Of a DNA stretch of 64,000 nt, positions 28,518-42,273 are shown in pieces. The translations under genes and the position numbers were made by a program. The notes beneath the pieces are model-generated. The model had not been told where the DNA came from, did not search any database, and was given only the letters and a program-made list of their open reading frames with translations. The DNA comes from Camelus dromedarius (lineage: Eukaryota). Each line of letters opens with the position of its first letter. Within the stretch, counting starts at the first letter, position 1. Location: assembly GCF_036321535.1 (NCBI RefSeq), contig NC_087436.1, forward strand, positions 115,818,001-115,882,000, in the 5' to 3' direction.

Positions 28518-28921
28518 TTATTATTCAGTCTTATTATAGGTACACACTATCTGCTCAATTAACTTAGTCAATATCTAAGTCTTTTCGCATATATCTGGTC
28601 TCACTACCCTGAGCCTTAAGCAGGTTGTCTCCTGAACTGGACCCTGGTTCTTACCCTCCATCTAGGACTCTGGCTGGCACCATCCTCCCTCAGTGTCTCA
28701 CTTTGTCTCCAGAACTGACTCCAGCTGGATGCTCACCTGTACCTGGATTTTGATGTCTGACCAGTGTTTTCTTTTACTCAGTTCTTTGGTCTTGGTTCCA
28801 GGATGTCTTTGACAGCATCAATTGACTCCTCCAACTACGAACGGCTTTCTTCCCCCTCCCACCTTGATGTAAACTGTCTTGCTTTCAGACAAGATAAGGG
28901 AGTTCAGAATTTACAAATGCA

Positions 28922-29160
28922 GATGGAGTGTAGATTTTGAGAGCCTGGGCTCTGGAGCCTGAGGAGCCTTCAGTCTGAGTTTGGCCCTAACACTATTAAC
29001 TGTTAGGGTGGAAGTCCTTGATTCCTCTGGGCCTAGGTAAGTCTTCATACCACCACCTCCTTCACAGAGTTGCCTTAAAGATTAAAAGAGGCGCCATGTG
29101 GAAAGGCTTGGGTGCAGGTCCCAGTACTTAGTAGGTACTTAGTAAAGTGCTATCTTTGTT
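28922..29160 (+). mobile_element. MIR SINE
   Basis: gagagcctgggctctggagcc ... agagttgccttaaagattaaa ... tagtaggtacttagtaaagtg. Confidence 0.65.
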
Positions 29161-30754
29161 ATTTTTATTTTAATTTTGCTTAAGGTCATGTCATCTACAT
29201 TGTCAGAAATATTAGATACGTAGGCAGCAAATGACAAGCCATATATGATCATAAAATTTTCCTGCTTGAAACCTGCAGAAGGTCCTAATTACCTCCTAAA
29301 TGGGTTTCCAAAGTTTCTGTTTCCTTGTCTTTTTCACCCCATAGCCATCCCTTCCAATCCTTTATATTCCAATAATGACAAATTATATTCTTCCTCAAAA
29401 AACACCGTATGTCTTTGCATTTATGCAGTGTGTGCCTTAATCCTAGAATCCCCATCCATTCATTTCTGCAGCAGGAAAGGTCCCACTAAACCTTATGAAT
29501 TGAACTCAAACAAAGGTGTCTCTTCCAGCCTCTCTGAGCGTCTAGGTTCATAATCCCTAACTGAAGCAGATCAAAGTTTCCTCTATGTGCAACCAGTGAG
29601 CTTTGAAAATGCATCCAGTAGCTTGCTCATTCCAATAAACTCATACATTTATAATGCTAGTCTTATAATTCCAGGTGTCACCCAGACTCAGTTCTTTATC
29701 CCTTTCACCGGTGTGTCCTCAGCACTGCATCAAGATTGCTGATACTTAACCAAGAGTCCAAGCGTTGGATGGATGAGTGGACACATAAAAATTGTAATGA
29801 ATAGCAGTAAATAATATTTTCTTAAGGCACCTTCTGCCAAGTTGCAGTAGTTGCTACCAGAAATTCCAGACAGAGGGTTTTCTCTCTATATTTTCAGGAA
29901 TTTGATATAAGGTTTCTGTCTTCCCTAGTTTGCAAGTTGATACGTATTACATATTAAACATATGTTTGATCTACATAGCATGGGCTTCAATTTCCTTTAT
30001 AAGTTGTAAAAATTGGCATAAATAGTACCCTGGCTTCCTTTCCTGACACTCTACAGCCGTGTGAGGCAGAACTGGGCAGCAGGAGTGTGTGCTTCTGCTT
30101 ATTAGCTGTGTGAACTCAAGCTACTAGCTTTCTCTGAGGCACTTTTTCTCCATCTTTCAAGAGGGTACATAATCCAAATTTGCAAAGCTTGTTAAAAATT
30201 GTACATTATAATATTATACATTAATGTGCAGGACTAAAATGCACCAAATAAATAGAAAATACCCCTACCATTAAAGTAATTATTGATTGCTAACCATTGG
30301 TATACTATTGTGGTGTATCTGGCTATGTCCATTTCTATCTATCACTGAGAGAGAGAGAAAGAGAAAGAATAAAGGAAGAAAGAGAGGAGACCAGGAGGAA
30401 GGTTATTGGAGAATAAAAATGTAGCAATAGTATTGGTTAAATATAGAATCAGTTAAGTTAGCAAACTTAGGAAAACACAGATCACTGGGCATTTATGAGA
30501 AACAGAAAAAAATAATGAGTGGGAATCGCTTACTGTTGAATCCCATTCATGACAAGAGTGAGGTGGTCCAACTGAGTTGTCTTGGCTAACGTCCAACATC
30601 CTCATGACAGGGAGAGCACAATTAGAAAAGTCACAAGTAAATTAGGAAATTAAGTAGAAGTGAATCAACACACAGTCTACTTTTATCTTGTACAGAAACA
30701 TGGCGAGGAATAAAGGAAGCTTTGTATAATGAATCAAAAATGAGATTTTTTTCC

Positions 30755-31350
30755 TCATAGATGGATGATAAGAATGTAACATGGTACAACTACTTTGGAA
30801 AGAAAGTTAGTGATTTCTTTTAAACAAATACTTTCCTAGGCATTTCCACACACACACACACACAAAATGAACATATGTGCTATCCAAAAGATAGACACCA
30901 ATGTTCACAGCAGCTTTACTCATAATAGCCCCAAACTGAAAACAATCCAAAATCCCCTCAGCAGATAAACAGATCAAGATTTTGTGGCATATCCATACAA
31001 TGGAATACTCTTCAGCAATAAAAAGGAACAAACTTTGGATACGTAAAGCAACATGGATAAATTTTAAAAAGATGCCAAACAAAAGAAGCCCAATACAAAA
31101 GGGGGCATATTGTATGCTTTCCATTTACGTGAAATTCTAAGGTGAGCAAAATTAATCTTAATAACAGGAAAGAAACAGTGGTTGCCTGGGACCAGGGGTA
31201 GGAAAGATTGACTGCAAAGGAGCACATGGGATCTTTTGGGATGATGGAAACATTCTATATCTTGACTGTAATGGTGGTTATATTTGTGTATACATTTGTC
31301 AAAACTTACTGAATTGCACAAATAAAATGAGTTAATTTTATTATATGCAA
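30755..31350 (+). mobile_element. Old L1 (L1MB/L1ME-like) 3' end
   Basis: aatgttcacagcagctttactcataatagccccaaactg, cagtggttgcctgggaccagggg, gatggaaacattctatatcttgactg. Confidence 0.85.
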
Positions 31351-33561
31351 AAAAAGAATGAGATCTTTGTATTCAGAAATATCTTAGGCACTTCATATTG
31401 GCAAAATATTTCTTTCCTACTTCTGATGTTTCTTTCCTTTTGAAGAAGGCTCAAATAATGTAATGGTCTGGCTTCTTTCGGCCTCTTTACCAGTGACCGA
31501 GGTGTGGTTGTCCACTTTGTGCACCGCACAAATCTAGGGACACCACTCACAAGATACTCTATTTAAATAGACCCTATGGAATAATGCAGTCCGTGCAGAT
31601 GTACACAGATGCCTGCCTTCAACTCTTTCTATTCTGAGGCTGGGGAACTCACTTTTCTCACTAAACTTGGCATGCTTAGCTTAGTTCCTCTCTTTATCCT
31701 CTTGAGGAGGAGCTGCCGTGAAAGGACACACTCTTCCTTGTTCCTCCACGTTGTAACTTTTACAGAGTCTGCTTCCTTGCAGGGTGATCAGTGTGTAGCT
31801 AATTCTGATGTTTCCTGTTAGTAAGTCCAATTGCCCACACATGTAAACTTTATCCTCCAATCTACTCTTTATCATGAATAAGGGGAATACTTTGGCTCCT
31901 ATTTGCTATTTATTCCTCAGTTAGCTCATGACCAAGGTCTCAGCCAAGAGGAATCTTGTTGATTTAACTCCTTTCAAGTAAATCTAATGTGTGAGCTATG
32001 GACCTTGAGAAATGAGCAAGGTGTAAAAGTTTGTAGAACAAATTATGCATGGGATGATTTGGGCTTTGGGCATGGTTTGAACAGATGGCTGTAAGCTTTG
32101 TTAGTCATTTCCTAAGCATAGACCATGTTGATTTTTCTTTTAAATCCTAGTGATTTGCAGCCTGCATTGCACAACAGCTGATTTTTCAGTTGTAGAACTG
32201 GCTTCATGAATGTGTGGCTTGGGTGTGTGATGTTGAAATTTTGCAGTATTTTGACCTCAGCTAGTTACTGCAGCTTTTGGTGGGAGTGACTGTAATGACC
32301 CAACACATGGGCAGGGTTCTCAAACCCCAACAAATGTGTGGCTTGCCTCAGGATGCAGGTTCTAGAACCTCAGCCTTGCCCTGCACTCAGTCTATGCTTG
32401 TGAAGAGTGGGGATCATGGTGACTGGGGACTGCCCCCAGAGGCTTTGCTATAAGGAGGAAACAGAGGCAAGAATTTGATTGGAGACAACAGATTGTCATT
32501 ACAGAACTTTCCAGCATCAGTGGCTACATGAATATGTGCTGTGTTTGATCAAATTGAATTGCGAATTGCGACAGGGCACAGAGGAAGTTCTAGCTTTAAA
32601 TTGTCAGCACCAGCCCTACATTGGAAACTGCATTAGCTGCCCCCAATTTCAATTAGGATTCAAGGGCAAGGAGGGAAACTTCAGGGCTGGACCTAGCCCC
32701 GGTTTCTGCACAGGGTCATGCGTCAAGCCATTCACCCTCCAGTTCTCACCCCCATCTTGTGTCAAGCTGTTTTTGTGCTGCTTAATTATTCCTACAGGAG
32801 AAAACCCTCTCTAAGAAGTCAAAAACAAGTAGAAAATAAAATAAAAGTAAAATGTTTTAAACCCTCCAAATATAAATGAAGGAGCAACAGCCCCAGTATT
32901 GCAGGACAGAAAACGCCTTCTCATAAGAGAGGGTGGTGGATTTCATGTTACTTTGTAAGGCGCCGATTCAGTTAAGCACTATTTGCCTGAGTCATGAGGC
33001 TCCATGCAGACGTGGGAAAACAACGCAAAAGCTATTCTAAGCTACCAGGCGTATTCATAAGTGGATTTTATTGATACAGTATGTAGTGCCAAAATTAACC
33101 TCTTGCTGAGAGAGTTTCCCACCCGAGTTTTAATTCCAAGTCTTAGGTATCAGAAAATTGGCATAAACTACCTGGATTCTCAGCAAGACCCCAACCAAGA
33201 TAACCAGCTTCCTTCAGGATAATCATAAGTCTCTGCTGTGGTCTTTGGCAACACAAAATATTGGCTTAAAAACAATTTTGTTTGAGATAACTCTTTCAGG
33301 GGCAGGGATTGCTTTGTTTTTCCAATTCTGAGGATATGATGCCAGCACTGTGATCATCTTGTTTTTCACAACTTCTGGCAATCTTTAAAATAATGAGGAA
33401 CATCCAAGACTCAGTGTTGAACAAATTCAATTCTGCAGTTCTGAGGCCATGGAGAGGGAAATATATTCCTTCCCATAAGAAAGAACCCAATCTTCATGTC
33501 CTAAAAGAACCCTGTCTCTACCAATATGTTGAGAATCCTTCCAACTGAGACTGAATAGACT

Positions 33562-33628
33562 AAAATAAATAAATACATAAATAAATACATAAATAAATAC
33601 ATAAATAAATACATAAATAAATAAATAA
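33562..33628. repeat. Compound (TAAA)n/(TAAATAAATACA)n repeat
   Basis: Four 12-mer units inside a TAAA array. Confidence 0.9.
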
Positions 33629-35541
33629 GGAGTACTTTATAATCTTTGGAATTTTAAATCACAAGCATAAGGAAAATTGATTCAGGACCTTAATTCTATG
33701 GAAATTTAATATATTTGGATTTTAACTTATAGAAGAATTTAACTTCCCTGTTTTAATATTCCCCCAGTAGTATTACAGTAGAAGAGTGTTTATACTCAAA
33801 TTTGGGCCATCTCTTTATTGACATTTTGTAACTGGAGTATAATTATGTTATCAATCAAGCTCAAAACAGATCTGGTAATAGACTACAGTGGGCAATGTTG
33901 TTGGGGAAAATGGAGACTAGAAAATCAACTAGAGATTACATTTTCAGCCTCAGGGTTGATTTAACTAATGTGGTCTTCTGACCCATTTTAGATTCTTTGA
34001 GCATGGGATGTTGGGGGAAGTCAGCCCTGCTCACAGTACTCTTGAAGTTTCCTCCAAGGGGCAGTGTCAGCACCGGAGGAGGGACCACATGGTCAGTGAA
34101 GAACTCGCTTGTCAAGCTTTTGCTCCCCTCACTGGGCAAAGAAAACACAGTACCAGGAGAGCAAGCAAAGTGTGCAGGAAGGCAGAAGGGAAATGCTCCC
34201 CTGATTCTGTGGTTCCTTCCTTGCAGAGTACAATCAATCAGTGAAACACTCCTAGCTCCTCTCTGTTCCGTTATTCACTACATCGTGGAGAAACTAATGA
34301 CTAATCTTGTAGTAATTTGGGAAATAATAAACTGCATACTTGGCACAACTCCTTTTCCTTTTGGAAGAGTCTGAGTTCTCTTCTGTTCCTCTCTGTCATA
34401 CATAGTACAATTCTCTCTCCCCAGGAGCAAAGGTTTGTAGGTGTCTAGTGATATGTGTGGATGGAGGTAAGTCTTTCTAATTTGGAGACGGGGCCAATAC
34501 CAGGGAGTCTACCCACCAAGACAAATGAACTACATCCTCCAAACTATGATGCCCCATTAATAAAGATGATATTTTGCTTTCATTTTATGATGAACTAGTT
34601 TATTTTTGAGCATTACTTTTTTCTGCACCAGTCTGCATAGATAGAGGGAAGGGGGAGTTTCAGGGTCTTGCAGGGAAGGAAAAGGGCCAAAGATGAGTGG
34701 AGTCTTGTCATCTGGAATGAGAGCACCCTCTAGATGGGACAGTAAGGAGAGTGACTGGAATAGGATTAGGGCAGGACTGTGTGGGATGTGATCATCTGGA
34801 AAACTCTTCCATCTGGAGATAGCTCTGAATCAGAGCTAATTTTCTCTGTGCATCAAGTTCAATTGAAACAATGCTGGGAATGGAACTGAACTGATCTAAT
34901 TTCTATGTGTGACATCACCTCAAGTTGCCTTTTAGTGAGAAATAAATCCTGAGTTGGTGTCACTGATATCTCCTATCCCTGAATGAATTTCACAAGAGAT
35001 CTATTCTTGGCCAGTATCCTTAAGGCAGCTCTTGGTAAGAGATCTGTGTGACTACACAACCTACACATCTTGTTTAGTAAGAGAACATGGAAATGCTGAG
35101 CCATCCTCATCAATCAGTGTCTTTCTGCCCAAGCCTGAACCCACTTGGAGCAACAACAAGTTATTTCCACCTTTGAATACATGAACGTCAGAGCCCAGCT
35201 GAATTCAGTATTTGGAGACTGAGACAAATGATGCTGCACCCTTTCACCTCTCTCTACTGGTCTGAACAGTGCAAAAGAAAACAGCCTTATCACCTCTTGT
35301 AGTATAAACTTATATCTCTTAATTTAGCCTCATGTATTTCCCAAACCTTTCTATTGGTTACCATACCAATACAGCTTCTATGTGGGGCAGAAGGAACAAT
35401 GGACTTGCAAACTGTGGAGTCTAGTCTAGGCTCCGACACATACTACTGTATCTTCCCATGTGTTTCCTAGCAGTTCTAAGCCTTGTTTTTTTCTTTTTTT
35501 CATATATAAAAAGCATCACTTTAGCCTCGTATTTGTAATTA

Positions 35542-35794
35542 CAGATGGTAAGACTGTAGACTCTGAAGTCAGAATACCTGGGCTCAAATCCTGACTCTGC
35601 CTCTGATTAGCTCTGAATTCTTAGCCAAGTTAAATAACCATTCCATGCTTCAGTTTCCTCATCAGTAAAACAAAGAAAAGAAATTTCTCTCTATATCATA
35701 AGGTTGTTCCAATTATTAATAAACAGCAAATAAATGTAAAGTTCTTAGAAGAGTACCTGTCATGTGATTAGTGTTAAAAAAAGTGTTGTTATTA
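35542..35794 (+). mobile_element. Near full-length MIR
   Basis: gactctgaagtcagaatacctgggctcaaatcctgactctgcc...cttcagtttcctcatcagtaaaa...atgtaaagttcttagaa. Confidence 0.85.
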
Positions 35795-38013
35795 GTAGTG
35801 ACAAGATAACACACCAACTCCTTTGTGTGTTGTTGAAGACCCTTTACAATAATGAATTAATCTGCCCCTTGATGTCTGCTGCATCTATACTGCAGGGACA
35901 ATTACTGTCTCTGAACATCATGAGAGCAGGACCGTGTCTAATCCCTTGCTGTACTTCCAGTATCTAATCATGGTACCTATCTACACATATATTGAGTTAG
36001 CGAATTAATTCATACCACACCCAAATCTACCTTGTCCCTGACCCTTGTCAGAGGCATCCAGATTCCATGTTTATATATTCAGGAATAGTACTCTCTGGTT
36101 GGTCTGCTCTCACTTCTTTTCCAAGAGAAGTTTTACCTGTTCTTCAAGGTCTAGTTCAAAGGCTACAAGTTTAATGAAATTGATAAGGTAACAGGACGCT
36201 TTATCTGGAAAAGGTGTCACTGTCCTGAAATGAGAAAGAAATGAGAATTGGAAATGTAACAACTCTTTCCCAAAATTTCATTGGGATGGAGCCCAGAAAT
36301 TTGGAGCAGCAGCTGAAGTGGTATATGGTCCTGAGGAAGGCATTGGGGCTTGAGCCTTGCCCCTCAAATGTCCTTTAGCCCTTCCAGAAACTCCCCTTAA
36401 TGTACTTATACTCTGATAGGAAGAGCTAATAATTTATTAACTATGAGTAGAGTTCACAGAGGAATAATTTGAATGCTTTGACTTTTTTTATCTGTAACAC
36501 GGACTCTACAGTTCAACGATGTGCTTGATACACAAACGGCGCTTCAAGACAAATTCCTCAAAGCTTGGTCTTGCCACACACCTGCTCTTAGCTCCTCCTA
36601 TAAGGAAATTTTGGAACCACTGCTGCTTAAGGCTGGAAAAATAATGTCTTTTAATACAGGAAAACTGGCCCTGTGTTTATATACACATTAAAACAGAAGA
36701 AAATATATGTTGCTTTCCCATTATTCCTTTGGAAAATGTAACAAGTTGAGAGCAGGGCAAAAATGTGAAACCTGTTCTAATTATTATAAACTTTGTCTTT
36801 TATTCGTGGTATCTTAATGTTAATGGAAAGTAATCTGTAAATTTTAATTTTATAGCCATGATAATTTAGACCAAAGCATTGCAAGTCCTTGTTATTAATA
36901 ACTACCCATGTATATTATGACAAGAATTAATTTTGCCCTGTAGTCATGGTTGTGTTTCCATATCCAAGCTGGCCTTTAATTTCTTAAACTCTTTTTAGGC
37001 TATGGAGAAAAATATCAGGGAAAAAAAAAGGCTTAATAATTACAGTATTAACCCAGCAGAAAGCTCCGGGCTATTAATCACAGATTGGACATTTAGCCCA
37101 CATATTCATAATATAAATATCTTTTTTATACAGATGAAAAGTTCAAGGAGCTGAAGTCTGTAAAAGTCAATTTTTCCTAAGGATCCTCCAAAGGAAAGAG
37201 AAGCCAATGTTTACACCAACTGGGAACTATTCAATTGGTCTGAAATGGGAAGCTTTTTTCACTGTTTAATCTCTACGTAGTATCAATGTGATAATATCAC
37301 CTTTGAATAATTCTTGTACCGAGTGTATATTATATGTCAGCTAATGTTTTAAATGCAAGGCAAAGAAACCCCAACAGACATGTCTTTTCTGTAGGATCCC
37401 AACCTCACTAGCCATACTTGTTGGCACAGAGGTGGGTGTCTTATCATCTGACCCAAAGATCTCTTAGCAATTTTCAAAGACAGAGAGTGAAGCCCTTTTC
37501 AGTAGTGACAGCTACATGGAGGTTGGCTTGAGGGTCAGCAGTCGTCCTACATTCCAACTTGTCTGGGGAAAAAAAAAAAGAACATGAAACAGACATGCAA
37601 AGACATGCAAAGACATGCAAAAGATCCATGGAGAGAGCTCTACATTTCTGGAGTTCTTAAGATCCTTGGGGTCCAATATGTTTTCCTTTTTTAAACAGGT
37701 TCAATTTCTGTCATTTCAGCCAAAATATACCTGATTTATTCAAGAGTCTAACAGAGTCAGGAAATAAAATGTACTCCATGTGGTAGCAAGTGTAATAATA
37801 GAGGAAATTCTAGGGTGCTGTGGGAGCTTAGAAGAGAATTTCCTGTTCCAGCACTGGGGAAAATAATGTAACCAGAGAGATGTGCTAGTTATTATAGTCT
37901 GTTTTTAATGCATTGTTTTAATAGTTTTCGTGAAGGAAGTCTGGAGATGTGGATGGAGAAGGACACAGCTAGGTATAATTGGTAGAAGATAAGTCTTCAA
38001 GACAAGATGTCTC

Positions 38014-38272
38014 TTTTTTTTTTTTTTTTTTTTTTTTTTTACAGAAAATAGAACTTCATTCCAAGGGCCAGAAGTTATTTAAAATTATTTACACTCATTG
38101 AAAATCACATGGAGGGGCGAGGCCCTACTCAGCTGAGGAGGAGTCCCTTCTGTTCAGCCACCGAAAGTCTGAGGTGCTCCCAAAGCACCAGCCCAGCCGT
38201 CCATGGCCACGCACCCGGGGGCTGGTGGGTCCAGAGGGCACATCTCGGGCCAGCAGCAGTCTATGTCACTCC
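38014..38272 (-). pseudogene. POR: 5'-truncated processed retrocopy consisting only of an mRNA 3' UTR, most likely POR (NADPH-cytochrome P450 oxidoreductase)
   Basis: 27-nt poly(A) on minus (T run 38014-38040); AATGAA variant signal 14 nt upstream; minus strand ends gagtgtaaataattttaaataacttctggcccttggaatgaagttctattttctgt, closely matching my recollection of the human POR mRNA 3' end. Confidence 0.8.
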
Positions 38273-38419
38273 AGAAGCATCAGCTCTCTTATTTGCAAAT
38301 AATATAGATCAATTTCTTTTTTTTGGATTAAGCATAAGGGGCCACTTACTTGAAGTACATGGGAGTAAATCTGTGTTAATCTGTGTTAATGTCTGATTTG
38401 TCTGGCTTCCATGACTATC

Positions 38420-38797
38420 ATGGAACGTGGCCCACACACCCTGAGTAATTGCTTCAGGAACTGACATGCGTCCCAAGTCAGGTCAATCCTAATCTACCAT
38501 GGAGACTTTTCAACAGCAGTTCTAAAAGCCTCTCAAGTTTGGTGATTATGAAAAGATGTGAATCTGGGGCAGTATTTGGCCACATTCTCTAACATGTAAA
38601 AAAATATCAACCTGCAGCAGGGGGATAAGTGCTTAATATAGAGAAAAGGGCACAGCTATGAGAAGGCAGAGCCACAACACAACCACCTGGGCCTGAGGTG
38701 AGATCCACCACACTTTTTTTTCAATGATGTGAGCTAATAAAATCCTATTCTTTGATTAATCTGGTTGAATTGCACTGGAAAGAATATTAATTACATA
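38420..38797 (+). mobile_element. Old MLT1-type MaLR LTR (degenerate)
   Basis: taattgcttcaggaactgacatgcgtcccaagtcaggtcaatc and gatgtgagctaataaaatcctattctttg resemble old MLT1 subfamilies. Confidence 0.5.
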
Positions 38798-38989
38798 CTG
38801 GGTACTGAGGAGTGCTCCAATGTGTTTCTCCTGTTGGGTAGATATGTCTTTACTTTGCAAACCATGTTCTGAAATGCATTTCAGGACTGGAAACAATACA
38901 GACATCACATGGACAAGCTGTCATTGTTTTATAAATGAGAAAATTGAGGAATAAGCCAGGCATGTTGCTTGCCCTAAAACAACTCTTTC

Positions 38990-39888
38990 CAAAAAGGGGC
39001 AGAAGACCTAAACAAGCAATTTCCCAATGAAGACATACAAGTGGCCAAGAGGCACGTGAAAAATGCTCAATATTGCTAATTATTAGAGAAATGCAAATTA
39101 AAACTACAGTCAGAATGACCACTATTAAAAAGTCCACAAATGGTAAATGCTGGAGAGGGTGTGGAGAAAAAGGAACCCTTCTACACTGTTGTTGGGAATG
39201 TAATTTGGTACAGCCATTATGGAAAACAGTTTGGGGATTCCTCAAAAAAACTAAAAATAGACTTACCATATGATTCAGTAACCCCACTCCTGGGAATATA
39301 CCTGGAGGGAACCCTAGTTCAAAAGATGCATGCACTCCAATGTTCATAGCAGCACTATATACAATAGCCAAGACATGGAAACAACCTAAATGTCCATCAA
39401 CAGAGTACTGGATAAATAAGTTATGACATATTTATACAATGGAATACTACTCAGCCATAAAAAAGTCATGTGCAGCAACATGGATGGACCTAGAGATCAT
39501 CATTCTAAGTGAAGTAAGCCAGCAAGAGAAAGACAAATACCATATGATATCACGTATATGTAAAAATCTTAAAAAAAAAAAAGAGGACACTCATGAACTC
39601 ATCTACAAAACAGAAACAGACTCACAGACATAGTCAGCAATCTTATGGTTACCAGGGGAAAGGGGATGGGAAGGGACAAATTTGGGATTTTGAGATTTGC
39701 AAATATTAACTACTATATATAAAAATAGATAAAAACCAAATTTAATCTGTATAGCACAGGGAACTATATTCAATGTCTTATAACAACATTTAATGAAAAA
39801 GAATATGAGAATGAATATACGCATGTATATGTATGACTGGGACATTGTGCTGTACAACAGACATTGACTGTACTTCAATTAAAAAAAA
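38990..39888 (+). mobile_element. Younger 5'-truncated L1 (ORF2 C-terminus plus 3' UTR, poly-A)
   Basis: ORF 39073 encodes [29 protein letters not shown] (L1 ORF2 Cys-rich end); A tail at 39881-39888. Confidence 0.95.
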
Positions 39889-41840
39889 GGCTAATTGCTC
39901 ATAGGCCAATCACTTGACGAGCAATTGAGAAACTATTGTGTTCCAAAACTTTATACTGACATGTTGTAATTAATTGTGTATGATCGCACATATATACATA
40001 TACACTCACAGACATGCATATACTCACATACACACATCTATGCGAACTCACGCAGACACACACACATATTAAACTTAATGCAGTTAGTGCTCTCTGTTGA
40101 TTAGTGTTCTCTGTTCCCCTTGATGTTAGAGTGATGACTTTGCACAATGAGAACATGAGGACTTTGGAATCAACTCATTGTAGCTCCTTGGCCTGACCTC
40201 ATACTGAACAGAGAAGGGCTTAGTTCAGGAGTCGAAAACCCAAGAGATGTACTTCATATCATTTTGTCTGTTGCTTCTTTTCAATAATTTGAGGGGTTTT
40301 TTTTTCCCCTAACTTTTATTTTTCTCTTCAAGATAACTCATGGAGGTCCAGGTGGTTGCTGATGTGCATTATCTGTGGCATCATCTCACTGCTGGGTGGA
40401 ACTTCCCTTTGAGAAATGTCATCACCATGTCTTCTTGCTTTAAACAGCAGACTTCGTTCAGATTTGGAAACACTGGTGTCCCCTCCTCCCCCTTTGTTTA
40501 AACTGCTTATGATTAGGTAGGCTAGAAAGAATTTAATACTAATAAGCCTCTAGCAGTGAGGACAGAACTCTTTAATGTTTAGCTGTTAACACCAAAAACA
40601 GCACACTTAACAATAGAATCAAACTTTCCTTTGACACCAAGAGGTTATGATGACAATCTAATTGTTCTCTCTCTCCCAAAGATTTAAGGAGCCTCTGTTC
40701 TGACCCAACTGCGTGAAGCAGATGCAAAGAACTTCAAAATCTCATTATGTTCCATGTTCTTATTAGGAAATGTTTTTGAAGAAAGCTCAAATAAAAGTTT
40801 AAAATCTCAAAATTAAATTGAAAAAGTTCAGAAAATTTGCATTTTCTCTAAAGCCACAAAGACTGTGATGCAGTGGGAAGGCTTGTAATTTTAGAAGGAA
40901 ATAATTCTTGAATTTTTTTTTTTCAAGGGAAAGTAAAATGTCAGTTTTACTACTTTTTTTCCCACTAATTCCCAGAATGTTACTTCATTTTTTGAGCATC
41001 AACCTTCTCATTTATCTTTGGTTAGGATACCCAGAAATCGAAAATTGAGGTGAAAGTTTACAGCAATTATTTCATAAGGGCATGCAACATCAAGGAAAGA
41101 GATACTGAGCAAAGAGCGAGTGAGGTAGGGTAGCAAGGAGTGTTATCAAGCTGGTCACTACTCATTGCCAAGTTCAATCAATTGCTTGTATCTAGGGCCA
41201 TTTTCCCAGGGGTCATATGAACTGTCGTTTCATAGAGCAGTTCACCTGAAGAGAGCTAGAAGACATTTATAGAGACAAAATCATCCTTAGACTCCAGTTT
41301 CCCACTAGTCAAATAAAATGCCACAGGGTTTTAACTCCTGAGTTGTACATGTGGGGGCACAGAGCTGAACCTCTTCAGTGACAACATGGAAGAGGCATGT
41401 TGCACCAGCAATGGGTGAGAGCTGTGGGGTTGGGTCCATGGCAACTGCATTTGAGCTCGTAGAGCTTGATGTTTAAGTAGTAACTGGGATGAAACAAGTA
41501 TTTATGTGGCCAAGGGGACAGATGAAGGCACAAATATCTGAGATGGTGGGAGACAGTTATCTATTTGATATTAAAGAGTTGTTCTAAGAATTAAGTGGGA
41601 TAACTTATGCTAAGGAATCCATATATAGTAGGTATTTTATTCTTGTCATGAAACCAGAGAGTTCTGCTTCATCAGACTAAGATGAGTTCCAGTGTGTTCA
41701 TAGTTACGGGAAGTCTTGCTCTCATTCTCCAGCTCAAATAATTTCTGGGCATTTGGGGAAAAGGAACTCTCCTTACTCATTCCTATATTTCCTTCCACAT
41801 GAAGTTAGGTTGAGAGGAAAAGGCTGATGCTGCTCTGAGG

Positions 41841-41916
41841 CAAGTCTTCAGTATGTCTTCCAAATAAAGCATAATTCTCTACTTTTGGGATGTGCATTTT
41901 TTTGCCCCAGTTGACG
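41841..41916 (+). mobile_element. Short 3' end fragment of an ERV1 LTR related to 28035-28517
   Basis: aaataaagcataattctctacttttgggatgtgcattttttt...cagttgacg aligns to the reverse complement of 28035-28095. Confidence 0.55.
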
Positions 41917-41994
41917 GAGTCAATAGTTAAATCCTTAGCTACAAATAAAACACTAGATCTAAATGTAATTACACAGAATTCTAACCATTCAATT

Positions 41995-42273
41995 GAGGGC
42001 TGGATGATTTCTGCACTTTGGCAGTAGCTGCATCCCTCTTTCAAAGCCTCCTGTTGGGTGGCCATTTCGAACGTGGAGCACTCGTACTTGTCTCTAACAC
42101 CCTTCCCCTTGCTCCTGAGGCCATAGCTGGCTCCTCCTATTGCAAAGCCCCGGGGTAATTCATCATTCTCATTGATTCGCTACTTTGTCCACACATTTAT
42201 AAAACTCCTCTTCATTAACATTTCTCCCATAGTTCATTGCCTTGTTCTTCTCTCCTAGGACCCTGACCAACAC
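41995..42273 (+). mobile_element. ERVL LTR 3' part (LTR33/LTR16-like)
   Basis: ccacacatttataaaactcctcttcattaac ... cctaggaccctgaccaacaca terminus. Confidence 0.55.

Noticed and set aside
33562..33628. Regularly spaced repeats as a CRISPR-like array
   Set aside because: Simple microsatellite with no unique spacers, in eukaryotic DNA.
38109..38396. 95-aa ORF (+)
   Set aside because: Antisense to the 3' UTR retrocopy and runs into flanking sequence; chance ORF.
38850..39371. Longest ORF in the track (173 aa, minus)
   Set aside because: Antisense reading of an L1 3' end; such ORFs are typical artefacts and not genes.
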